NCBI RefSeq assembly: GCF_009914755.1
Contig: NC_060936.1
Reading direction: 5' to 3' (one strand)
DNA from: the human T2T-CHM13v2.0 reference genome, Homo sapiens
DNA length: 64,000 nt
The notes under the pieces were generated by a model, which had not been told where the DNA came from, did not search any database, and worked only from the letters and a program-made list of their open reading frames with translations. Below are positions 46,881-62,422 of the stretch, one piece after another (position 1 is the first letter of the stretch; the number at the start of each line of letters is the position of its first letter). The position numbers were made by a program, and so were the translations under genes.

Positions 46881-48659
46881 GGACAACAAAGAGATTATTC
46901 ATGGCAACTTATTTCATCTGTTTAATTACACTAGCTTATCCAAAGTGTTGGACAGAAAGATGATATGTGAAAGGGTTTGACTTAACCAGTCTACTTCACT
47001 TAAGTCACTTTTAGATACCACAATTGCTGACACAAATACAGTATGAACCCTCAGACCAAAGCCCATTTCTGCTTATAGATGTGAGTAAATACAGGAAACG
47101 CACCAACAATGAGCAAGCATACTGGCCTCTTTATCTAACATAAGCTTCAGGGTACAGGGGTTCTTCGTGAATCTAGCACTGGAAAGTTCTATGTGCCTGC
47201 CGTAATCAGCCTCAGATGCATCTGACAGCTGATAATACTAATGGGACAACAAAGCACACTGTGAACAACACAGGCCAGAAGAATCTCCACAACAGCAAGG
47301 CTCATTTCAACAGGACAGTTTTCTTAATAAGAGCTTTTAAAACAAATGCCAATTAAATACGAATTTATTGATAATATGATCTGTAGAGCTATATTTTGCT
47401 AATTATCATTTATCAAACACTACCACTTCTTAAATACAAACACTCCTGATACACTGTTTAGGATTTCCAAAATGATCAACTAAAGGATTATTGGGCACAA
47501 ACTGAAGTATGGATGGCAAAATCTTGACACAGATTGTGGGAAACAGGATGGTAGAATAACTGGCCTATACATGTGTTTTCTGACCTCTGCTGCCTCTGTT
47601 TATTGCCCTAGGATTGGCAACAGCTATTCTCAGAATAAGAAATCTGAATTCCATCTACTAACTTGAATTGACTTTCTACATGTGCTTTTCAGAATGTCAG
47701 TGTTTTAAATTTGAACTTTTAATTTATATTTTAAGGACTCCAATCTGTACTCTCCCTGAAATTGTTAAGATTCTAACCTGTAATAATACCTGTCTGTTCT
47801 TGTTGTGTACAACCATACACTACCACTGGCATCACCCTTAACATTTAATGCGGGGGGTGGGGGGGCGTGCATGTCCCTCATTTAAGGTTCAAAACTTGAG
47901 AACTCTGGTTATAACCTGGGCAATGAACTGGATCCAAGAGTCAGCGTAGTCAAGAGAATGCAGCACTAACGTCATTACCGAGTGCCATGAGAATGATAAA
48001 GGCAGTGCCTCCCTTGAAGTGTCTGAGAAAACTCATGCCCCAAGGAACGCAGAGCCTCTATCTCATTCAATGTGGACATCTTCTCCCCCACAACAGACCA
48101 TAAAAGCAGTCTATACGCCAGAAACAGGAATAGAAATGGAAGATAATGCCAAAAGAATCCTGAGCAGCCCTATTAAAGATGATACGTGGAACCAAGACTT
48201 GTTGGCGGCTGAACTCACTTCCCATTAAGAACAATTCTAACTTTTGTCCATTTCCCTAGTAGATGCTATCTAGCCAACTCCCTTCACATATCACTGTTTA
48301 GGAAGATGAGATTTACTGACATGTATTAACAATGGGTAGGTAAGTATGTGGGTACCTTTAAGTATCACCAACCCTTGGTTTTCTCATTTTATTTATTTTT
48401 GCTTCATTAATAAAGCTAATTTGTACTTCCCATTTGCTTTCCTTTGCATTTCTTTTAAGTATTAGGCAGATGAATGCTTTTCTTATAAAGTTTCTTGTAA
48501 AGACTGGTTGAAACTGAGTATTCTTTGGTACTGACTTTTTAGCTATCAATTACTTGCACAGATTAAGGTCTAATGAATGTGTTCATTTGTAGTATTTTGT
48601 GAATATAGTATTTGATATATTTACCATGACCAGTCCATTGCTTTTCTCTTTAATACACG

Positions 48660-48996
48660 TAGTGCACTCCAAATCCAAAACAGTCCAAAATCCAAAACTT
48701 TTTGAGCACCAACATGACACCACGAATGAAAAATTCCATACTTGACCTCACGTAATGGGTCATTACCAAAACAGTCGAAACTGTTTAATGCACAAAAATC
48801 ACTAAAAATATTGTATAAAACTACCTTCAGGCTACATGTGTAAGATGTATAGGAAATGCAAATGAATGTTTAGACCTGGGTCACATTCCCAAGATACCTC
48901 ATTATATATTTGCAAGTATTTCAAAATCCAAAAAAATCCAAAATTTGAAACACTCCTGGTCCCAAGCATTTTGGATAAAGAGTACTCAACTTGTAC
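48660..48996 (+). mobile_element. Tigger4b/MER46B
   Basis: aaaactttttgagcaccaacatgacaccac ... ggtcccaagcattttggataagagtactcaacttgta. Confidence 0.8.
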
Positions 48997-49199
48997 TGCT
49001 GGTTTTTGAGTATTTTTAAAAAATTTTTAATGAAACCACCAAAATGCAGTTATAATTACATTCAAGTTTTACAAAGTGTAAATATCTCTCACTCTTGGCA
49101 TGATTCATTAAGGGCTAAAATAGATAAAGTAGCTGCCAGGGGTCATGTCCAAGGGCAGGAGCTATTATAAGACAGGCAACTAACTGTAATCCCAACACA

Positions 49200-49580
49200 C
49201 ATTTTGGAGGCTGAAAGTCCAGAATTTAAATCCCAAATCCATGTTAATAGCTATCTGACCTTTTAGCAAGTCACATAATCTCTCTGAGCTTTACTTTTAA
49301 CATCTGTAAAATGGGGATGCTATCATTTATCTCTCAAGGTTGTTAGGAGGATTAAATGAGGTATTTAATCAGCAGATACTTATGAACTAGGTCAAGGCAC
49401 TCTCCTAAGCACTTTTTAATATTAACTCATTTCATCTCCATAATCCTAAATTCTCTCTTTTACAGATGAACTAAAACAGAGAGGTTAAATAACTTTTACT
49501 TCTCTAAGGTACAAAGCAGCAAAGTCAAGATTCGAATGCAGGCAGTCTAGCCTCAAAGTTCAGGCTCTTTAGCACCACAC
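49200..49580. mobile_element. Two MIR fragments in opposite orientation
   Basis: catctgtaaaatggggat...aggattaaatgag; ttttacagatgaa...gaggttaaataact. Confidence 0.6.
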
Positions 49581-50048
49581 TAAGGATCTAAAACACTCGC
49601 CTAGCACCTAACATAGTGATGAAAATTATGATAAACCACACAGTGCCCAGAATAATATACAAGCAGGCCGCACCCTAGAGGCCCTTAAAGATGGTCTTGA
49701 TTGAGACAGCATATAAAGTACACAAGTACATCTACATTACATTTACATAGCACAGAAATCTTTAAAGATACAAATTAATGCTACCACTTTAGGAATTTAG
49801 AAGAAATCATCAACATACTATTTCAAAAATGGCTGTTTCCCAGCATGAGTGCCTAGATTTTCTCTTAACATTGTTAAGTGAATCTTACAAATAATTGGCA
49901 GCTAATATTTTGGTCCTATCAATATTTAGCACTCAATTTCAATTATAAACTAATGATATTAATTTTTGAAAGAAAATATTCAAGTGTACTTTAATACAAA
50001 GATTCAGAAGATAATAAAATTTACTATTATTTTCAAAATATCAGTATT

Positions 50049-50200
50049 TTTAATGAATAACGTAATAAATGTTCATTGAAGAAAACTGAAAAATACCAGG
50101 ATATAGAGAAGACAACAGTTCATTACTTTAATGAATAAAGTAATAAATGTTCATTGAAGAAAACTGAAAAATACCAGGATATAGAGAAGACAGCAGTTCA
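50049..50200 (+). repeat. Tandem duplication, 2 x 74 nt (period 78)
   Basis: tttaatgaataa(c/a)gtaataaatgttcattgaagaaaactgaaaaataccaggatatagagaagaca(a/g)cagttca occurs twice. Confidence 0.95.
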
Positions 50201-50404
50201 ATATCGGCTTTACATTTCAATGTAGTTTGAGACATTAAATTTTAAGATAAATGACTTCTTTATCTCAATTTTGGAAACTGATGAAATTTCATGAACTGAA
50301 ATAATCACTGTCAAGGTGTTTCAAGAAAGAAATGTGCTTCAAACAGGTGAAACATTAATTCCACATAAAATTGTTTTAAAATAATAAATAATTTTCTCCA
50401 CTTG

Positions 50405-50676
<272 letters not shown>

Positions 50677-51426
50677 TAAACAAAACAAGCATTACTTAAG
50701 AGGAATTTTATAAAACCTTGGAGTTCCCAGAAACATTACATATGTATATGCACCGTAACTGATTAGCATACTACATTACACCCAGTCTGGGCCAGTAAAC
50801 ATTATTTTATATGGGCCATGCTCTATCTCCTTCAAACTACTATTACAACATTAAACACCACTACTTAAATTCCCTTTCTGCTCCATATCCCTATTTCCAG
50901 CCATACTACCCTGGTATAAGTAAGTACTATGGGCTTATAAATTAGCTCACTGAAGGATACAGAAGTTGTCATCTGATTTGAAATGCATGGGATTAGATTT
51001 TTATTCACATTGGATGTTGCCTAAACAATCCTGGCTCTATTTTGCAACTTCCCGCATTTGTAAAACTTCCTTTTAACTGCAACAAGCAACTGGAGAAAAG
51101 GATTAATAGGAAACCTGGCACTACAGTTCACCAAATAACACAGTACACAAGTAGACACAGGTCTGTAGGGAAATACAGTCAGGACCAGCCACTGAACACA
51201 ATTGCTTTTTGAGTCCAAAGATAAAACAGCTTGAATCTCAGATTGTCATAAGCATTTACTGTGGGAAAGGTCCTTTAAAATGATCTGGTCCAAACCCCTG
51301 GTTTTCTTGATGAACAATGGTAAAGAATTAGACTAATTTCAATCCAAATATTCACGTGCCTGCTATGTGCTGTGTATTAGTTCACAAACTGAATTTTCTA
51401 AAGAGACTTCTTTAGTAAACACATGA

Positions 51427-51701
<275 letters not shown>

Positions 51702-53110
51702 CACAGTTCACTTTTGTGAAGTCAATAAAATTAACTGAGAGGCAGTACAGATTCATGGGAAGAACAGAAATCCAAGCACTGGAATCACTTAGTGAATTAA
51801 ATACTGTAGTGCTTTATGCAAATCATTCAACCTCTTACTTATTACAGATGGGCAATCTTACCTCACAAGTCCTTCTAACTCCAGTAACAAAACAAATTAG
51901 GTTCGTTTGTTAAAAAATAGCATTGATTCATTTGAAAGTCCACACTCGGATACTAGGAATTTGAATTAAAACTTTAAGTATTTAATTCTGCTTAATACTA
52001 TGGTAGATTATAAGTAAAATTACTTGTATGTGGATAAAATGTGAGAATATTCTGAAAGAATATATTAGAGACCATTCATTGTGAATATGTCTGGTGAAAA
52101 GGGGAAACAGAAGGTAAAGAATGTGACTTCTGTTTCTCAACGTGCAGTCTCTTACACTGCCTAATTCTTCCATGGGTATGTATTTTTTTTTAATTTTTAA
52201 ACTCTAATTTTTAAAAAAAAGTACTTAAATCATGGAAGGCAATGCAACGTAGCAGAAAGTTCTTTCTACTGAACTAGAAAAGGACAGAAAAGACTTCTTT
52301 CTAGTCTGGCTCCAGTTAGCTCTGTAAGCTTGGGAAGTCTATTTGAGTTCCAACATGCTAGCTCTCTTATGAAAACAAGAATGAAACTACACTGTTGCCA
52401 CCATCCCAATGGACTCAATGTTATATTACTGGTCTTAGGTTACTATTCTCTCATTCAATCGTTCAGTGCATTCATCAAACACTGAAAGAAGAACAAGAAC
52501 TAAATGAATGTAAAAGAGTGTAGAAATTAATTTCTCTGTAATCAAAATAATTGATAGTAAAAAAATACTGTCAGAGTTCTGGAAATGCTTAATTTGCTAA
52601 AGAAAAGGAGAGAACAGATAAAAGATAAACTTGGTGAAAACCCAAAATCTATTATTGAGGAAGGTAAATAAGTACATGTTCAACCCTTGACCTGAGCTGA
52701 TTTTATTAGAATGCTTTCCAAACATATGTCAGTAACTAAATTTTTGAAATCTTCTAAAACACATAAATTACACCTCTAGTAGGAGGGATGATATTATCTT
52801 CCGTTTCCTAAATGAGTGATGGATCATACCTTCTTTCTCTAAATACAAATTCAATTACTGATCTCCCTAATGATGGATCTGAATGCATGAAATTAACTCT
52901 TTTCAACGTAAGATTCATCCTGCATCAGAGAAGAATAAGATGTATCACTGCATTTTTCTTCACAGCTTTATGTGACTGCTAACAGGGTCATGTGGTTATC
53001 AAAGCCGTTTTCTCACGATTTATTATTAATATGTATTTCTCTATTGCAGTTTTCTCCCCAATCCCATACCTTAAATAAAACATACTGTTAAACATTAAAA
53101 CTTGAAGTCT

Positions 53111-53409
53111 GGCCGGGCATGGTGGCTCATGCCTGTAATCCCAGCACTTTGGGACACCAAGGCAAGTGGATCAGGAGAGCTCAGGAGTTCGACACCAACC
53201 TGGCCAACATGGCAAAACCCCGTCTCTACTAAAAACACAAAAAGTAGCCGGGGGTGGTGGTGCAAGCTTGTAGTCCCAGCTACTTGGGAGGCTGAAGCAG
53301 GAGAATTCCTTGAACCCAGGAAGCAGAGGTTGCAGTAAGCCAAGATCTTGCCACTGCACTCTAGCCTGGGCGACAGAGTGAGACTCTGCCTCAAAACAAC
53401 AACAAAAAA
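53111..53409 (+). mobile_element. AluS
   Basis: Dimer; flanks aaaacttgaagt / aaaactcaaagt. Confidence 0.9.
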
Positions 53410-54827
53410 CTCAAAGTTTTCTTTGACATTTAAAATACGCCCAATTTTTAAGTTTTAAAAGAATACTTTTTCTTTTATGTCACCTAATAGACAAAATGAA
53501 TAAAGGAGGGGAAAAAATGACACTTTTTCTTCCATAACTCTAAGTTTGGCTAAATGTTACAAAGAAATGTATCTGTCCTCCAAAGCAAATTGTATCTTCT
53601 GATTTACTATTAAGCACCAGTCACTGAATATTCAGGCAAACCTTCAAGAGGCAGAGAGAAAGCCTCACTATTCCATACTCCTGTTCTCTATCCTTTTGAC
53701 CCTAAGATTCAAATTGATTGGACACACCTGACTATACTAAAACTTTTCAGTTTGACAGCTCTAGAGGAAGGCACAGACCATGTGACTACCACAAGGGTGC
53801 CCTTGACAGAACAGCATCCAGCTTAGCCCCTTAGGGCAAGTATGCAGACCACTGCATATAAATTCAGAGAATGTGTAAGGATGGAAACCATTTTCCTCTT
53901 CCTAAATATGTATTTAAATACCCTGCTTAGAGCTTTATTGCGCAAGCAAGGTTCATTTAAAACAAAAACAGGATTAGGAATCTTCTTCAAAGCCTAGAAG
54001 GCTCTACAGTGTCTGGTCTCCACAAATAGTTTTTCCACTGTTTGCCATTAAACTTTCTAACCCAGAGGCTAAAAAAATGAATGACCACTGTTTTTTGTTT
54101 CTTCTTTAATATCTCACACTTAACATTAAACCACTATATCTTACCTTTTTCATTTTGGGGGGAAATACGGTATTTATTATTTCTTTGCCAAGACTAAGTG
54201 CAAGCAACTTGGAATCAGACTGTTCTAGCAGCTGCCCCTTTGCAGTGTGACCTTGGTCAAGTTATTTATCCCCATGTATCTCAATTCCTTTAACTAAAAT
54301 TAGGAGTATCACTACTACTACCACTTAATCTCACAAGGCTACTGTGGGGGATAACAAGACATAAAGACTGTACAAGCAGTTTGCATAAACGTCCTGCCCT
54401 TCTCCTTTAAAATGTGTTCTCAGCACTTTCTAGATCTGTGTAATATGATTCCCTAGGACTCCATTTCCTCAGCTGTAAAACCAAAGAAAATAACACAAAG
54501 CACCAGGTATGTAGTCAACACTGGACATAATTTATGTAAAGCATTTATTAGCACAGTATCTCAAAAAATGCTAGTCCTGACTTACAAATAATAGTTCCTT
54601 TTCCTTCCAACTTGAAGCTGTGCTACTGAACATCTTCATGTTGTAGCTTTCGATCCTGCCATTTCAATTTGTCTTTGAGTACACATCTAGACCTGCAAGC
54701 TCCAGGAAATAGACTTCCTTTCTGCTGGCTCCTTCCCTTAAAGTTTGAAGAAGATGCCAAGTGATCTAATCCATCCAGAGAAGCTATAGTGGCACCAGAT
54801 AGTACCATAAAGAGTATGCTATAATAG

Positions 54828-55177
<350 letters not shown>

Positions 55178-55249
55178 CCAGAAGATTTTTTAAGTGCTAA
55201 AATCCTTGGCAGGGGACACAATAAAATAATACAAAAGGCACTTAATGGG

Positions 55250-55552
55250 GGCCAAGCATGGTGGCTCATGCCTGTAATCCCAGCACATTGGGAGGCTGAT
55301 AACAGAGGACTGCTTGAGACCAGGAATTCAACACTGGCCTGGACAACATAGTAGGACTCTATCTCTACAATAAATACACAAATTAGCTGGGCACAGTGGC
55401 ACACACCTGCAGTCTCTGTTACTTAGGAGGCTGAGGGAGGAGGACTGCTTGAGCCCAGGAGTTGGAGGCTGCAGTGAGCTATCATCACACTATTGCACTC
55501 CAGCCTGAGTGACAGAGCAAGGCTTTGTCTTACAAACAAAACAAAATAAAAA
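55250..55552 (+). mobile_element. AluJ
   Basis: Diverged dimer. Confidence 0.9.
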
Positions 55553-56499
55553 CCAAAAACTACAAAACGCACTCACTAAAAACAGTCCCAGGGCACATTA
55601 ATGAATTCTGCAGAAGCAAGGGGTCAAGAGCAATTGGGAGAAGTTATGTATGAATCACCATAATATTGTGACAAGTCTGAACTAAGCCCTCAAAAGAAGG
55701 CTTGTTTTTGAGGGTTTTTTAAAGCTACTTTTTTAATCTTTAAGTATCAAGACCATGTTTATCTGTAGCCCTGGAATCACATAATTCTAACAAGCAACAA
55801 TCCCAATTTTTCAGTCATTACTGCCAATTTGGGAAAGCAATTCACCATCTTTTATACATCTTGGGCCCAAAGGGCAGAGCACAAATGGACATAAAATAAT
55901 GTCTCTGCTACTCTCTGGGTCTCAGGAGTCATATTTTTAGGGCAACCTCTTCATATCTTCCACGGCTGCTAAGCAAGCACTTTCCTCTCCAGTCAGTGCA
56001 GTCTTTCCTTGAGACACCACGGTGACATGTGTCTGTCTTTACTGCTGCTTCCCTCCTCTTGATTCCACCCCAAGGCATCCAAACCTTACAGGCTTGTCAA
56101 AGCCCACTTTAACTTCATAAATATCTCTTCTTTACTAGAGCCCATATCAGTATCTACCTGTTTTCACCTTTACTTCTTATCAGCTATTTAACAGATCAAG
56201 ATACTAATTATAACAATGTCTTACCTCTAATGGCTTTAAATGCTTATGTCTTATCTTCATAATAATACTGAGTTCCTCGGCAGGACTTCGGAAAGTTATT
56301 TTACTCACGCCCACTAATGGCCAAAGCAAGATCATTTTTCTTTGTGAAAAACTACTGTTAAGAAGAGCTACTCATAGAATATAGATAACAAAACAAATAT
56401 ATTAGGAAATTAGTAAATAAGGTAGACCAAGTATTTAGAGTGAATATAAAGTATCTTCTTTATATTCAGTTGACAGTCATATATGCATATACTTGGACT

Positions 56500-56790
56500 G
56501 AATGTCATAACTGTTAAGTAAAAATAAAGGAATGGAACAATGGGCAGAGTTATGTATACCACTGGATATACTATCTGCATAAGAAAGGGAATATATACAT
56601 ATGTATTTGTGTACATATGCACAGACTAATCTCTGAAAGGATGGAAATGAACTGGTAATAGGGATTAACACTAGAAGAAAAACTGGGTGGCCAGGCAGTG
56701 GATATAGAAGACTTACTTTCTCACCCTATACCATTTTGTGCTGCTAAATTTTGTACCATATACATGTATTTTCAATTCCAAATAACTTAA
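56500..56790 (+). mobile_element. Old L1ME 3' fragment
   Basis: aatctctgaaaggatg, actggtaatag, ttttgtaccatatacatgtatt. Confidence 0.5.
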
Positions 56791-56866
56791 ATAGGACAGA
56801 GAGCTTATCTACTGAAAGGAAAACATTTTTTAGGTATACATACTTTAGTAAATTAATAAAATAATT

Positions 56867-57157
56867 GGCCGGGCACTGTGGCTCACGCCTGTAATCCCAA
56901 CACTTTGGGAGGCCGAGGCGTGTAGATCACTTACGGTCAGCAGCTCAAGACCAGCCTGGCCAAGATGGTCTCTACTAAAAATACAAAACATTAGCCGGGC
57001 ATGGTGGCACCTAACTGTAATCCCAGCTACTCGGGAGGCTGAGGCACAAGAATTGCTTGAACCCGGGAGTCAGAGGTTGCTGAGCTGAGATCACACCACT
57101 GCACTCCAGCCTGGGCGACAGAGTAAGACTCTGTCTCAAAAAAAAAAAAAAAAAAAG
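56867..57157 (+). mobile_element. AluS
   Basis: Dimer with A tail. Confidence 0.92.
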
Positions 57158-57308
57158 GAAGGAAGAAAAACAATTAAAATGCTCTGCTGTGCATATGAAT
57201 TATTATGATAAAGACTCAAACATTCATCCAATCATTTCTTGGGTAATTCTAAATGCCAGTCTCTATGCAATTTTGTAAAGAGATAAATTATTTTAACACT
57301 TTATAATT

Positions 57309-57376
57309 CATAATCATTTCTACATATAATTTAATTTCTACATATAATTTCTACATAATCATTTCTACATATAATT
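57309..57376 (+). repeat. Short degenerate tandem repeat (atttctacatataat-like, ~4 copies)
   Basis: Read directly. Confidence 0.75.
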
Positions 57377-57537
57377 ATAAACATTAACTTTATTAGTGAA
57401 AGCAGAATAAATAACTGAAAAAATAGTGGTTATGAACCTGGAAAGGCCTGAATTTAAATCCAAGATCCTAGACTTTGTAGATGCGTGGTTCTCAGCTTAT
57501 GACTTAACTTCTCTGAACACTAATATCCCTCTTAAGA

Positions 57538-57762
57538 CCAGAGTTCAGCAAATTATAACCCCAAGGCAAATTACATCCTGCCACCCATTTCTTGTAAATA
57601 AAGCTTTATTGGAACAACCTATGCCTCTTTGCTTACATATCATCTATGGCTGCTTTCTCAGTACAATGTGAGACCTGACTAGATTTGCCAGAGCCCATAT
57701 ACCCTACAAAGCCAAAAATACTAATTATCTGGTCCTTTACAATAAAAGTTCACCTGCCCCTC
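57538..57762 (+). mobile_element. MER58A (hAT-Charlie)
   Basis: ttgtaaataaagctttattggaaca; tctatggctgctttc; tatctggtcctttaca. Confidence 0.75.
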
Positions 57763-58133
57763 CTAAAAGTAAAATGCATACAAACCACATCTACTTTGAA
57801 ATTGTCTAAGAATATAAAATCTCATGATATGTATCCTAGAGCAAAAGAAAAAGAATTTAAAAAAGACTAAAAATTTTAAAAAGAATATAAAACTCCACTC
57901 CATGCAGGCAGCAGGTCAAAACTATTTCAGAATGACATCAAGATATTATTTATCTTTTTCACTCTTTCTCCAAGTGTACAGTGGAGTTTTCCAGAGGCTA
58001 CATGGAATTGTGACGTCAAAAGACTACAACACAGCTGTATTCACTTAAGCCAGATATTAAAGAAATTTGCAAAAACAGTGCCATTATTCTTACTACATTG
58101 CTTTAAAATATAGTCATTTTAGTTAAAATATAA

Positions 58134-58791
<658 letters not shown>

Positions 58792-58915
58792 ATTTCCTCC
58801 ATTTGAATATTTTATCATAAATATTGATAAGAATCCACATAAACAAAAGCATCCTGGGGTCCTCAATTTTGTTAACAGGTGTTCTGAGATCCGAAAGTTA
58901 TGGAATAAGCTATAC

Positions 58916-59132
58916 CAAGCTTGTCCAACCCGTAAACCATGGGCCGCATGTGGCCCAGAACAGCTTTGAATGCAACCCAACACAAATTCATAAACTTTCT
59001 TAAAACATTTGAGGTTTTTTTTTTTTTTTAGCTCATTAGCTACCATTAGTGCTAGTATATTTCATGTATGGCCCAAGACAATTCTTCTTCTTCCAATATG
59101 GCCCAGGGAAGCCAAAAGGTTGGACACCCTTG
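58916..59132. mobile_element. MER30 (hAT-Charlie)
   Basis: ttgtccaacc...gggccgcatgtggccca...tggcccagggaagccaaaaggttggacaccc; flanks agctatac / tgctatat. Confidence 0.85.
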
Positions 59133-59454
59133 TGCTATATTGTAACTTGAGTGCAACACAGTGGCATGATCAATTAGTCAACAAGAACAATTGGGCACAA
59201 GGGGCTGACCTTCTTTATATACTTGGCAGGGTTTGGATAAACAGAGTAGAGAATATACTTGGACAATCAGTGAGACTAACACCATCCAGCATGCAATTTA
59301 AAATAAAAATGTGACAAAAATAACTATAACAATTAGAAGTTCCCCAAGATACTTAAGAAATTTTATTCAAAAGTTTGAAATAAGGTGAAAGGAGGACAGC
59401 TTGTCCTTTCAATGCCATATAGAGAGAAAGGCACATCTGAGGATCATGTAGCCC

Positions 59455-59980
59455 TCAGGTTCCCAAACCATGTACCAAAGCACCCCAGAACACTGCAGCA
59501 AATTCACAAGGGTACTATAGGACATTCTCAATTTCTTAGGAAATCAAAGTAACATTTGTCAGAGAACATGCAAACTACTAGCTCAAGTTCACAGTTTCAG
59601 TATTAGACTGTACTACCTTACCTTCAATGAAGTCAAATATTTGTGAAACGTTTTTTCCGTGGTAGCTGTGATACAAAGTAAAATCAATGCAGATAGAAAA
59701 TAACAGTAGTGATTTCCAGCCTGATTCTTTGGTTTGAGTTGTGCAGTGCTCACCAGGCATATACATCCTGTTAACAAGCAACTGCGGCTATTTAAGAATA
59801 AATTTTATTGTTTCACTGCAGTATGTGCATTATTTGTTGAAACAGTTACTAAGTTATCAGTACATAAATACTTATTATTTGTACTTAGTAACTAGAACTG
59901 TTAGGTATTTCTTTTGGCCTATAGGAATACGAAGGTATTCCTAGGGCACTATAAAAACAATAAAGTTCAGGAACTTCTGA
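59455..59980 (+). mobile_element. hAT-Charlie element (MER119-like)
   Basis: Termini caggttcccaaac ... gttcaggaacttctg form imperfect inverted repeats; subfamily from recall. Confidence 0.55.
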
Positions 59981-60594
59981 TTTAAGGGAACATACTTTGC
60001 ACAATCCACATTTCACTGTTCTTTAAGGGTCACAAATTTAGTGAGGTTTTACATTAATTTGTATATTTGTGGATAGTAGAAACAGTTTCTGTCCTGACAA
60101 AGAGAGAGCCCCTATTATGGCTTGCACTCCTCAGGACATTAACCACTTTTGTAACTAACTCAGCAATCTTATCCTTATATTCTTTTATACATTTCCTATA
60201 AAGTCCTAACTAGTCTAATGCTCCTTAAACTGCTTTTAACATCATACCTGTTCCCTCACTAATTAAAGAGTTATGAAAATGTTTGGCAATTATTTGTTTC
60301 GTATTTGCATTACGATGCTAATTTTGTCTTTTTGTAAACTGTACTTTAGGATGCTGAAGTCCTTTTCTAGTATATCTAGAAATAACTATTTTTAAAAGCC
60401 AAAATTTAAAGATTTCACTAACTACCAAGTACTTTGGAGGAATGTATGTATAAGAATACATATAGCATAAAAAAAGATTCTACACATACTCCTGTATTAA
60501 AATAGTGGATATACCTATATGTTAGAATATAATTCAACTATCTTATAAGTCTATGTGGTTTTCAACATTTTCTAACATTTAATAAATATATTCA

Positions 60595-60870
60595 GGCTGG
60601 GCACAGTGGCACACATCTGTAATCCCAGCACTTTGGAAGGCCAAGGCACTTGAGTTTGAGACCAGCCCGGGAAACATAATGAGACCCTGTCTCTACAAAA
60701 AATACAAAAATTAGCCAGACATGGTGGCACATGCCTATAGTCCCAGCTACTAATGTGATTGAGGTGGAAGGATCACCTGAGCCCAGAAAGTTGCGGCTGC
60801 AGTGAGCTGTGATCCTGCCACTGCACTCCAGCCTGGGCAGCAGAATGAGAACCTGTCTCAAAAAAATAAT
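60595..60870 (+). mobile_element. AluJ with small deletion
   Basis: Dimer. Confidence 0.88.
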
Positions 60871-61562
60871 AAATGCATTCAATCCTTTTATAATCAGAAA
60901 AATACACAATAGACTTGTTTAAATGTTTGGGATGATCTATGAATACATTCTTTTTTTAAAAGTGCTATTAATGAAGTTTAAAAAAGTGAATGAGTGAGTG
61001 ATATAGAATTAAATTCCCTCCAAAGAAACATTTTAGTACTTCATTAAATAGAAGGCTAAGGACAAAAGAATAAATGGCAATATTTGTATAATTAGTTACT
61101 TCCAATGACAGACTATGCCAGTAAACTAAATATAGAGATAACAACTTATTTTACTCCCAATTTTCCACTTATTCTTTCTAATTTTCTTTATTTCATGTCA
61201 AACATTCTTATCTAGATCACTCTTTTCATTTCAAGCTACAGAAGTGACAAGTGCCTAAGAAGGGGAAAAACTTTCACTTTTGGGGGTATACTTATGAGGA
61301 ACAGGTGAGGAGCAAGCAAAGTAAAAAGCAAATGAGTAAATATGTCTCTACATGTGTTGAATCATGTCCATCCAAATGAGAAAAAATATATAGAAGTGTT
61401 GGTGGTTTGTAAGGAACTTGCTTCTTTCCTCACCTGATAACTGACTCTGGATCCACTTCTGCCTGGGTTGCTTTTCACCTAGGCTGCCTCCGTTATTACC
61501 CAGAGTTGCTCTCTCATCTTACTATTAAAGATACTTGGCTCAGCACTACTTAGAACTTCCTC

Positions 61563-61669
61563 TTGTTCGCTTCAGAAGCATATACACAAAAATTGGAACC
61601 CTACAGAAAAGATTAACATGGCCCCTGCACAACGATGACATGCAAATTCATGAAGCAATCCACATTTTT
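61563..61669 (+). pseudogene. U6 snRNA processed pseudogene (RNU6-xP family; possibly RNU6-1188P, unverified)
   Basis: Full-length diverged U6 (tcgcttc..aaaattggaac..tacagaaaagatt..catggcccctgc..gatgac..gcaaattc.tgaagc..tcca.attttt), A-rich tail to ~61693, TSD-like agaact(t)cc. Confidence 0.93.
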
Positions 61670-62107
61670 AAAATTATAAAAAGAAAAAAAAAAGAACTCC
61701 ATATTATATGTGAAATATTGAAAATGGACTACCACACTTGTAGTGGGTCCTAATAGTCAACAGGCCTCTTTACAACTACATATGAATATAAGACCAAAGT
61801 CAAACCTCTGAAAACATTTGATCTAAGGGAGGGAATGTTATGGGAGTTCCAGCATCTGCTTTTAATGAATGATTTATAGAACAAAGGACCTGAATACATG
61901 TAAACAACATCAAATGATTTGAAAGAGGAATAATAAAATGTTACACACTACTATCCCTAAATTAGGATCATTTAATTTTGACAAGTTGATAGGTTTGATT
62001 CAGAAAACTGCATAAGGTACTATGAGAACCAAGAAAAATTTATGAAACAGGCTTTCAAAGATTTATCTAGTCATTCATTCAGTCATTTACATTTATTATC
62101 TCATTTA

Positions 62108-62422
<315 letters not shown>

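Noticed and set aside
50049-50200. CRISPR-like array
   Set aside because: Only two adjacent copies, no unique spacers and no cas genes; a simple duplication.
55684-55720. Hairpin plus U-run (ccctcaaaa...ttttgagggtttttt) resembling a bacterial intrinsic terminator
   Set aside because: Human intronic context; a 9-12 bp stem is expected by chance, and no upstream Pol III gene is visible.
57309-57376. Repeat-spacer array
   Set aside because: Degenerate slippage-type AT-rich repeat.
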